In this document: positions 53,658-64,000 of the stretch, piece by piece
Position numbering within the stretch: position 1 is the stretch's first letter
Layout of the letters: the number at the start of each line of letters is the position of its first letter
Source: Eledone cirrhosa
Lineage: Eukaryota
Length of the DNA: 64,000 bases
Reading direction: 5' to 3'
Assembly: GCA_964016885.1 (NCBI GenBank)
Contig: OZ024742.1
Span: 35,960,001 to 36,024,000, forward strand
Translations under genes and position numbers: made by a program
The notes under the pieces: generated by a model
The model's input: the letters and a program-made list of their open reading frames with translations, nothing else
Database searches by the model: none
Told to the model about the DNA's origin: nothing

Positions 53658-53828
53658 TACCACATTTCCCGACGTTGAAGACGCTACTTTTTTCCTAAAA
53701 TAAGTCTCAAAAATCTACCGTCCTGGAGGCCGAAGTTTGTTTACTATTTTTTTTTTTTTTTATTTTTGCTTGTCAAAATTAGGGTGCATCTTGGGGACGT
53801 AGCGTCTTCGGTGCCGGGAAATACGGTA
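53658..53828. mobile_element. Tc1/pogo-type MITE
   Basis: TIRs taccacatttcccgacgttgaagacgct / agcgtcttcggtgccgggaaatacggta. Confidence 0.6.
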
Positions 53829-54679
53829 ATTTTGAAAATAATCAAATGTTGCATTATACAGCTGGTGTTTCATAAAAAATGAATGGAACGATTTTAGATA
53901 AGTATTAATACTTTAAATATAGAGCTTTGTATCACAGAACCGTAACTAATTTGAGGCGGTTTGGTATCAAAAGGGTTAAAGTTAATTGTCTACGGTGCCA
54001 GGTAATGGTATTAAACCTAAGACCACAGCCTTTTGAAGCGTACCTCCTGCCAATTCGACCGTGGCTATAACCGATAATTTATTATTGTTTTCAATCGATT
54101 CTAAAATCGATTCTAAAATTTCACTAAATAGAAAATAAATATTTTTTATATAAAAATAGAGACGCCCACCAAAGAGATGATTTATTAGACAACAACAACA
54201 AAAATTAATCTTATAACACCATATATGGTAATGGCGACAATGTCAACAACAGCGTACTAATAATTGGGATCAATTAAGGAAGAGTAAAGACATTCATTCA
54301 TCAAAACTATCAACACGTTAATCCGTGAATTTCCCTATATGCACACCAGGGAGTTCTGGGTAATGTACTCTCTGTCTATATGTCTGTATGCCTGACTGTC
54401 TGTCTCTCTCAGTTTCTGTTTACGCACATCTAGACTGCACGTGATTTACTGAGGTATTTGTTTTGGAGGCGGCGGCGGCGGCGGTGGTGGTAGTGGTGGT
54501 AGTGGTGGTAGTGGTGGCGGTGGTGGTGGCGGTGGCGGCGACGGCGGCTGCGTTGGTGGTGGTGGTGGTGGTGGTGGCGATGGTGGTGGTGGTGGCGGTA
54601 GTGTGTGGCTCAGTGCAATTAGTCCGAAAAGAGAAAAGAGATGACGTTTCATTTGGTAGGGTGTAAGTGAGTGCACATG

Positions 54680-55583
54680 TACGAGGTGTGTCAGAAAAGT
54701 TCCAGGACTGATGTCACAAAAGATTTATTTCAAACCCAACTTCACACTAAGAGTTTTCTCATTCAAAGTAATCCCCCTGGAGTATGGAACTGTAATCTTA
54801 GCTCTCTCCAACAATCAAACTTTTTTCTTCATAATTTTATATACATGTCCTCTGTTTCAGGTCGTCAAGCAATGAGCACAGAACAACGAACAAACTTGAA
54901 GTTTCTGGTACGGTTGGGGAAAACTCCACTGCAGCAAGTGTATGAAGATGAGACGATGTCACGCTCACGTGTTTTTGAGTGGTGCAAGAGGTTTAAAGAA
55001 GTACGCGAGGACGTGGAAGACGACCCCAGGAGCGGAAGGTCCTCAACAACCAGGACTGAGGTCAACGTTGAGCGCGTCAGGCAGATGGTGCGTAGCGATC
55101 GTCGGCTGACTGTTCGACTGATGGCAAATGAGCTGGGCATGAATCGGGACAGCGTCTGGAAGATTCTCACTGAAGATTTGGACATGCGGAAAGTCTGCGC
55201 GAAGATGGTGCCAAAACTGCCGAACGACGATCTGAAGGGTCGATCGACGCATGCAAGTGTACCAGGACATCCTCGAGCGTCTTGAAACCGAACCAGACTT
55301 GCTAGGGACAGTCATCACCGGTGATGAGTCATGGATCTTCGAGTACGACCCGGAGGGGACCCGTTTTGAAGACGTGGACGACATCAAAAAGGCCGTGACG
55401 ATGGAACTTCGGAGGATCCCGGAAGAATCCTTCCAGGAGTGCATGCAAGCGTGGCAGAAAAGGATGGAAAAGTGCACTAGACTCCAGGTTATTACTTTGA
55501 AGGAGAAAACTCTTAGTGTGAAGTTTGGATTTGAAATAAATCCTTTGTGACATCAGTCCTGGAACTTTTCTGACCACCTCGTA
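54680..55583 (+). mobile_element. Internally deleted mariner transposon
   Basis: ~80-bp TIRs (TA-cgaggtgtgtcagaaaagttcc / ggaacttttctgaccacctcg-TA). Transposase pieces EQRTNLKF..SRVFEW..DDPRSGR..KVCAKMVPK..ITGDESWIFEYDPE join directly to GTRFEDV, so the catalytic core is deleted. Confidence 0.9.
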
Positions 55584-55938
55584 TATGTGAGCGTATGTGT
55601 ATGTGTGAGAGTCTAGATAGATGAGTGGGAGTTGGTTATAATGATGATGATGATGATCGTGATGATGACGATACAGAGGTAGATGATAAAGTTGATAGGA
55701 AAAAAAGGAGACGTTTACTTTAAAATAATCTGTAGTTATGACAACATAAAATTTACATTAAATATTTTAATATACGCTGTCTTTGAGCATAAATATTTGA
55801 TACATGTATTAATTTCCGTTGACTAATATCTACTCCAATGCATTGGTAAACCTGAGGCTGAAGTAGAAGAGATCTGCCTAAGGTTACAAAGCGAATTCCT
55901 TAAGCATAGTGCCATGACTATACACACACACACATAAA

Positions 55939-56092
<154 letters not shown>

Positions 56093-56105
56093 ACATATAT
56101 ATATG

Positions 56106-56190
<85 letters not shown>

Positions 56191-56196
56191 ATATAT

Positions 56197-56243
<47 letters not shown>

Positions 56244-56444
56244 CACATACACATTTCTAGATTATAACTTGCCAATGTCTTATCTTGAATGCATATTAAA
56301 ATATATAAATTATCTTATATAATATATAATTTAAACTTTCTGTCTGGAGCTTGCGGTTATGCATGTTCAATGATAAAAGAGCAGACACACTTCCTTTTCG
56401 TCTGCCTTTCTCTTAAACGATCGCATAGAACACTATTACATTAT

Positions 56445-56979
56445 ATATAGGGGCTTCAAAAAGTTCGTGGAAAAAGTACAGAGCTAAAACTCATATGCAG
56501 GGATTTTGATCTCAATGCATCTGTACGTTCTCGTACTAACATAAACTGTTCTAACATGAACCCTTAAATGCATGTTGCAACGCGCCGCCGCCAGTCGGAA
56601 GCCAGCACCCGCTCGAGCAACATGGTCGCCACCAAAACATCAAATTCATGGTGAAGCTAGGTTGGAAGAACAGCCAAATCATTGATGTTCTGGAGCAAGT
56701 TTAAGGGGACAATGCCCCGAAGAAATCAATAACCTACAAATGGATATGTCGTTTTAGAAGTGGAAGAGATGAGATTGAAGATGATTCCCAGTTGAAGATG
56801 TAAAAACAAAGCTGCATTGACATGGTTTAAATCACATGGCCCTCAGTTTTACACAGATGGACTTAAAGGTTGATATCAACGCTTGCAGAAGTGTATTGAC
56901 ATATTGAAAAATAAACATTATAACTTAAACCGTTTTTCCAACTGTCCTTTTTCCACGAACCTTTTGAAGCACCTTCGTA
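56445..56979 (+). mobile_element. Deleted mariner (second family)
   Basis: TIRs gcttcaaaaagttcgtggaaaaag / ctttttccacgaaccttttgaagc; IKFMVKLGW..YKWICRFRSGRDEIEDD remnant. Confidence 0.75.
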
Positions 56980-57159
56980 CAAACAACGGTTACCTTAAGA
57001 GGTAATAGTAACATTTGAAATTGCGTCCCTGCGCAAATGACCAAAATAATAAGAGTCGATCACCATAAACAAGTTTTGAGGAAATCAGGTAAAATAACCT
57101 TGGAGTGGGAAAGGAGTGGAATGTAGCGCTTCCGAGAAATCAAAACATGTAGATCTCTT

Positions 57160-57940
57160 CCTCTTCACACGCTTGAAGTCAGAGACCCTAATGCCGATTG
57201 AAACGACAATGATATAATCCGACTTGGCAGTTCAATTTTCAATGGTATTTTCGGACTCGCTGGACCCGTTTTTGAAGTTGTTTCAAGATATCTTTGTACA
57301 AGGTTCGAGTCCAGAAGGTCTAGAGGTAAAAATTCTTTGTGAACAATACCAAGGCTGTCGAAAAAAGAAAAATGATAATCATCGTTTTCAGCATGGATCT
57401 GCTCATGCGTGCTTTCAGACGAGGAAAATGTTTTGTGCGCCACTTCTCACTTTTCCCTTTTATTGTCTGGATCGTACACGATCACCCATGATCCATCTCC
57501 AGTTATTACTTTATCCAAGAAATTTGGCTCAATTTCGAGTCTTTGTAGTAAATCCCTAAACATTTCCAGCCGGTTCCCTTTTTGCTCCACAAACAAGTGC
57601 CTGGGCACTAGTTTTGCACACATTCTTCGCATGTGCAAATGGTCTGTTAAAATTCTATAAAACTGCATTTTTATCCAAGTCTGTTTCTACTTTAACCCGC
57701 CCCTAATACTTAACCGGTGATCTTTCGCCATTGCTGCTTACATCACTTTTACATAGGCTCATCTTCAACATTTTTCTGAGCCTTCTTTAATAGTTTTGTG
57801 CTACTTAAAACCTTTACTTCTCGATCGAGCGGCACCTCCATACACTTATGTTAAAGAATTAAACGTTTCGCTGGCAGATTTGCTGAGTTTCACACATAAT
57901 TTGACCGCGTAGAGTTTTTCGATATTTTCCTGCATCGCAA
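57160..57940 (-). pseudogene. Decayed mariner transposase
   Basis: RMCAKLVPRHL..FLDKVITGDGSWVIVYDP..FFDSLGIVHKEFLP. Confidence 0.75.
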
Positions 57941-58110
57941 GCGTAACGGATGTTATAAACACGTCTGTACATAAACAACAATAACTCACGACTGATTCAA
58001 TCGACGATATTGAAACATGTGCGTGCAGCGAAGGTCATACCGAACACGCTTCTATAGATCAACGAGGAGTTACGTTACCATGTCGTACATAAGAAAATCA
58101 GTACTCTTAC

Positions 58111-58147
<37 letters not shown>

Positions 58148-58160
58148 TTATACATACAAT

Positions 58161-58321
<161 letters not shown>

Positions 58322-58379
58322 ACACCATTAACTACGCAAAATACAACTGCATCGGCTGCAACATCAACAGACAGAACTA

Positions 58380-59650
58380 TAACACCACTACCACCACTAC
58401 CACCAGTACCCACTACCACCAATACTACTCCCAATACCACTACTACTCCCAATACCACCACTACCACCACTACCACCACTACCACCACTACCACCACTAC
58501 TACCACTACCACCACTACCACCACTACCACCAATACCACCACTACCACCACTACCACCACTACTACCACTACCACCACTACCATCAATGCCACCACTACC
58601 ACCAGTACCACCAATACCACCACTACCACCACTACCGCCACTACTACCACTACCACCACTACCACCAATACCGCCAATACCACCACTACCACCACTACTA
58701 CCACTACCACCACTACCATCAATACCACCACTACCACCAATACCACCACTACCACCACTACCACCACTACTACCACTACCACCACTACCATCAATACCAC
58801 CACTACCACCAGTACCACCAATACCACCACTACCACCACTACCGCCACTACTACCACTATCACCACTACCATCAATACCACCACTACCACCAATACCACC
58901 ACTACCACCACTACCACCACTACTACCACTACCACCAATACCACCACTACCACCACTACCACCAATACCACCACTACTACCACTACAACCACTTCCACCA
59001 CTACCACCAATATCACTACTACCACCACTACCACCAATATCACTACTACCACCACTACCACCAATACCACCAACACTACCACTACTACCACCAAAACCAC
59101 CACCACTACCACTACTACTTCCAATACCACCAATACCACCACTACCACCAATACCACCACTACTACCACTACCACCACTACCACCACTACCACCAATATC
59201 ACTACTACCACGAATACCACCACCACTACCACTACTACCACCAAAACCACCACCACTACCACTACTACTTCCAATACCACCAATACCACCACTACCACCA
59301 ATACCACCACTACTACCACTACCACCACTACCACCACTACCACCAATATCACTACTACCACGAATACCGTTATCAACCTCAGTAACATCATTACCATCAT
59401 TAGCATATTCTAACTCACAAAAACAAAACAGCAACAAATGTCCTCCTCTTTACCAACGACAACAACAACAAAACAACACTACCACCAACACCACCACCAC
59501 CACCACCACCACCACCACCACCAACACCAACAACAACACCAACACCACCACCACCAACAACAACAACAAAAAAAAACCACCAACAACACCACCACCACCA
59601 CCACCACCACCACCACCACCACCACCACCACCACCACCACCACCACCACC

Positions 59651-59681
<31 letters not shown>

Positions 59682-60790
59682 CCAACACCAACAACACCAA
59701 CACCACCACCAACAACACCAACAACACCAACATCACCAACAACAACAACAACACCAACACCAACAACACCAACACCACCAACACCAACAACACCACCACC
59801 AACAACACCAACAACACCAACACCAACAACACCACCAACAACAACACCAACAACACCAACACCAACAACAACACCACCAACACCAATACCAACACCAACA
59901 ACACCACCACCAACAACACTAACAACACCAACACCAACAACAACACCAACAACACCAACACCACCAACACCAACAACACCAACAACACCACCAACACCAA
60001 CACCACCAACAACACCAACACCAACAACACCAACAACACCAACACCAACAACACCAACAACACCAACAACACCAACAACACCAACAACACCAACAACACC
60101 AACACCAACAACAACACCACCAACACCACCAACACCAACACCAACAACAGCAACATCAATAACAACACCAACAACAGCAACAACACCACCACCAACAACA
60201 CCACCACCAACAACACCACCAACAACACCACCACCAACAACACCAACAACACCAACACCAACAACAACACCAACAACACCGCCAACACCAACACCAACAA
60301 CACCAACACCACCAACAACACCACCACCAACAACACCACCAAAACCAACACCACCAACACCAACAACACCACCAACAACAACAACACCACCACCACCACC
60401 AACACCAACAACACCACCACCAACAACACCACCACCAACAACACCACCAAAACCAACACCAACAACACCACCAACAACAACAACACCACCACCACCAACA
60501 ACACCAACAACACCAACACCAACAACAACACCAACAACACCACCAACACCAACAACACCAACACCAACAACAATACCAACAACACCAACAACACCACCAC
60601 CAACAACAACACCACCACCACCACCAACACCAACAACACCACCACCAACAACACCACCACCAACAACACCACCAAAACCAACACCAACAACACCACCACC
60701 AACAACAACACCACCACCAACAACACCAACAACAACACCACCAAAACCAACACCACCAACACCAACAACACCAACAACAACAACACATTA
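58380..60790. repeat. Compound (ACC/ACT/AAT) and (AAC/ACC)n tracts
   Basis: Direct inspection; open in several frames on both strands. Confidence 0.9.
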
Positions 60791-60981
60791 CATCGTACTA
60801 TACTGTCCTTACTTCACTATTTTTCTATTATTTTCATTACGTTTTTATGTTTGTTGTTTTTCAGTAATTGCTTTTTCTTTAGTTCTTTCCATCATTTCCA
60901 TGTTTAGCTTTTGATTCCTTTCTGTCTCTCAGGACTTATAGATATCAGATACAGAAGCATATACAAAGACACATATGCATG

Positions 60982-61019
<38 letters not shown>

Positions 61020-61121
61020 TATATACATAAATTATCCCACACACCTTCACTTCTCACCCATACTTATCGACTTCATCACTTTTTTTCTTTCTGTTTTTCT
61101 CTTTCTCTTTCATATTAACAC

Positions 61122-61187
<66 letters not shown>

Positions 61188-61191
<4 letters not shown>

Positions 61192-61362
61192 AGAAGAAAT
61201 TAAAAGATGGTTAAAAAAGTTCAATATATTTTATAAAATATATAGAAATTTTTTAACCATCTTTTAATTTCTTATATATACTCCAGTTCAATAAATTGTT
61301 GAGTGCTACTTATCCGTAATTTGCATAGTTTTTATTGTTCTACAATAAAACTCACCTCCTAC
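61188..61362 (+). mobile_element. Mini PLE fold-back plus tail (no hammerhead retained)
   Basis: Imperfect palindrome 61188-61277; tail ACTC-CAGTT..AATTG-TT-GAGT and a TTTTATTGT/ACAATAAAA hairpin. Confidence 0.7.
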
Positions 61363-61385
61363 ACATATATATATACAATATATTA

Positions 61386-61571
61386 ATTGTTTCTACCTTT
61401 GGCACAAGGCCAGCAATTACCCAGTACATTACTGGTACTTTATTTTATCGACCCCGCAAGGATGAAAGGCAAAGTCAACCTCAGCGGGATTTGAACTCAG
61501 ATCGAAAAGGGACGTAACTATGCTGGAAAGCATGGCGTCCGACCCTCTACCGATACTGCCAACCCACCGCC
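61386..61571 (-). mobile_element. tRNA-SINE
   Basis: Reverse complement of the 10975 family. Confidence 0.8.
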
Positions 61572-61660
61572 AACCCACCGATTGTGTTGTTATTTCTGTT
61601 TACCTTTTACATACATATATATATATATATATATATTTATTATTCAGGATAATAATAATA

Positions 61661-62110
61661 TATACAATATATTAATAAATGGAAACTATATTTATAAAAC
61701 CATAATTATTTTATTATATATATTGCAAGGGCAACCAAGGCAAATTATGGTGCGCTTTCATCAGATAAAATACAGATTTGTTTTATAAATAAATATTGAC
61801 ATACCCGGAAAAAAGACAACCTCAGCGGTTGACATTCGCTGGATAGCTATCCAGCGAATTTCAACCGTTGAGGTTGTCTTTTGTCAATATTTATTTATAA
61901 AACGAATCTGTATTTTATCTGATGAAAGCACACCATAATTTACCTTGGTTGCCCTTGAAATATATATAATAAAATAATTATGGTTTTATAAATATAGTTT
62001 CCATTTATTAATATATTGTATATTTATTCCATTTAATGTTGAGTGCTTTATATCAGTTATAAAAATGTTTTAAGCTTGTTGAATCCCAACAAATTAAATA
62101 TAACCTCTAC
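61661..62110 (+). mobile_element. PLE fold-back element with hammerhead (61911-61976) and tail
   Basis: Palindrome centred at ggatag|ctatcc (61846); TATTTTAT-CTGATGA..GAAA-TATATA-TA-ATAAAATA; tail ATTC..GAGT(62041). Confidence 0.85.
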
Positions 62111-62265
62111 ATATATATATATGTAAAAGGTAAACAGAAATAACAACACAATCTGTACAGTATATGGACGGTATATATTAGGTTAACGCTTGATATAGAA
62201 GAAAGAGGGTCTTAACGTTTCGGACGCTAGTCCTTCATCAGAAGAAAGAATGGTAAATAAAATAG

Positions 62266-62307
<42 letters not shown>

Positions 62308-62312
<5 letters not shown>

Positions 62313-62488
62313 AGATTCAGCTCCGACCGTTTCGACAGCTAGACCCGAAATCGGATCTAGCTGTCGAAACGGCCGGAGCTCAGCCGTCGAGGTCCTGAAT
62401 CTTTTCATATTACCCACGTACTACCCCAAGTATTGAGTACTCTGGTCGGTCATGGTCCACCTGGTTTCTTTTACCACACCCTATCTGA
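62308..62488 (+). mobile_element. Nested mini PLE fold-back plus tail
   Basis: Same family as 48476; GAAA-CGGC..GCCG-TC; tail tactaccccaagtattgagtactctgg. Confidence 0.75.
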
Positions 62489-62540
62489 TATATGTATATA
62501 TATATATATATGTGTGTGTGCATGTGTGTGTGTATGTGTA

Positions 62541-62642
62541 TACAGGGCGTCCCCCATAAAATGTATACATACTTTGATTACCTGTACAGGCAATATTCAT
62601 TAGAATGTAGTCTTTTTGTATACATTTTTCGGACACCCTGTG
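62541..62642. mobile_element. Tiny Tc1-type MITE
   Basis: cagggcgtcc..aaaatgtataca / tgtatacatttt..ggacaccctg TIRs. Confidence 0.55.
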
Positions 62643-62834
62643 TTATTTTTATCTAAAGACATTTTTTCCAATTCCAACCCGCCCGTCCCCTCAATCTATC
62701 TTATTTCTCATCTTTCTTCTGATGAAGGACTAGTGTCCGAAACGTTAAGACCCTCTTCCTGCTATATCAAGCGTTAACCTAATATATACCTTCCATATAC
62801 TGTACCGATTGTGTTGTTATTTCTGTTTACCTTT

Positions 62835-62867
<33 letters not shown>

Positions 62868-62870
<3 letters not shown>

Positions 62871-63053
62871 TTATTCAGGATAATAATAAATGAAGACATT
62901 CACATTATCAATATATATATTGATTATGTGAATGTCTTCATTTATTATTATTCTGAATAATAATAACCCCAGAAAATTTTCTTGTAGGGTGCTTTTAATC
63001 TATTGTAAAACTATATTCATTGAGTAATCAATGAACCACATTAATCTTTGGTC
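62868..63053 (+). mobile_element. Mini PLE fold-back plus tail (family of 24164)
   Basis: Palindrome 62868-62963; tail homologous to 24500-24593 but with ACCC/GGGT. Confidence 0.8.
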
Positions 63054-63269
63054 TATATATATATACAATAGCACAGCATATTCGAAGTTCGATCAGCAGC
63101 CAAACCAACGAATGCCTACAGCAGTGGAGCCAAACACTCGACAAGGAATAAACCTCAGAGTAATAACATACACTTTAAAGGGCTTTGCAAATTGAAAATA
63201 GCGACCGCTAAGTTAGCAGCGTGATCTGTAGCAACGAAAGAACTGACTAGTGAGAAAATGAAATACTCA

Positions 63270-63933
63270 CATATATATATATCATATATTGAGTTATAAA
63301 CTCGAAATAGTCTTTTACAATTAAATAGCTCAAAGAAGGGAATATTTCCGAGCCGTGTAATACAAATGAATATATGAGAGGGATGAACACAGATACAAGT
63401 ATACATGTGTTCGAATTGCAAATGACCAAGTTAACTAGATTGAAAAATACTAATTTGAAATAATATGGTTTGCCTGTCTCGATTTAAAGTAATAAATCAA
63501 TAAAAATAACAAACCTATATTGGTAATAGGCCGTGATACCCGGACAGATTCTAAATCTGTTTCGCAACAATTATTAAGTGAAAGTCACTATCCCTGTGCT
63601 CTTCTGCGGGTAGCCAGGAAATTCGTACCTTTCACTTCAAAATACTCAAGAAGACTGAGAGATATGTGTTGTTGAACGCACATGTGTCACAGCGCCTAAC
63701 TCGTCTCATACTTTCACTTAATAATTGTTGTGAAACAGATTTAGAATCTGTCCGGGTATCACGGCCATTACCAATATAGGTTTGTTATTTTTATTGATTT
63801 ATTACTTTAAATCGAGACAGGCAAACCATATTATTTTAAATTAGTATTTTTCAACCTAGCTAACTTGGTCATTTGCAATTCGAACACATGTATACTTGTA
63901 TACATGTGTTCATCCCTCTCATATATTCATTTG

Positions 63934-63935
<2 letters not shown>
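63270..63935 (-). mobile_element. PLE fold-back element (~225-bp arms) with variant hammerhead and tail
   Basis: Arms 63361-63585 and 63710-63935; minus-strand tail GGCTC-GGAA..TTCT-TT-GAGCT (63327-63354). A fragment with the same terminus lies at 25456-25582. Confidence 0.85.
63537..63612 (-). ncRNA. Hammerhead with variant core CAGAAGA
   Basis: TACCCG-CAGAAGA-GCAcag..ttgtTGC-GAAA-CAGATTtagAATCTG-TC-CGGGTA; perfect 6-bp stem I, 7-bp stem III and a GUC site. Confidence 0.7.
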
Positions 63936-63968
<33 letters not shown>

Positions 63969-64000
63969 AAATATAGAATCAGCAATTTCTACTTGTTTTC

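Larger units (their letters stand above)
62122..62838. mobile_element. Head-to-head PLE ends with hammerheads (62210-62245 -, 62715-62750 +), interrupted by later insertions
   Basis: TCTT-CTGATGA-aGGACtagtGTCC-GAAA-CGTT-AAGA. Same terminus at 40229-40320 and 61579-61611; diverged relative at 29650-29795. Confidence 0.8.

Overview
Eukaryotic, AT-rich, repeat-saturated DNA. The SINE families and microsatellite load suggest a cephalopod (octopus-like) genome; that assignment is inference. No host gene can be called with confidence. The window holds old RTE LINE and tRNA-SINE debris (1-11 kb), a degenerate (TTAGGG)-like tract (~11.8-13.0 kb), and a (TACA)n platform stacked with R4/Dong-like and RTE retrotransposons (13-22.7 kb). 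From 24 kb on there are many (TA)n-embedded Penelope-like elements (PLEs, Naiad-type). These include one apparently intact element with an 897-aa RT/GIY-YIG ORF and hammerhead-bearing pseudo-LTRs, one 4.4-kb head-to-head palindromic insertion, and about a dozen small fold-back derivatives. Mariner relics, MITEs and minisatellites are also present. The main observation is that about 16 PLE ends with unrelated primary sequence share one covarying RNA module: a 4-bp ACUC/GAGU helix, a 2-nt 3' bulge, a variable apical helix, and usually a second terminal hairpin. The module sits ~3-16 nt beyond the point where the duplicated or inverted copy stops, so it looks like a template-boundary or RT-recruitment element. 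Non-canonical hammerheads (CAGAAGA core; 90-nt stem II) occur in the same elements.
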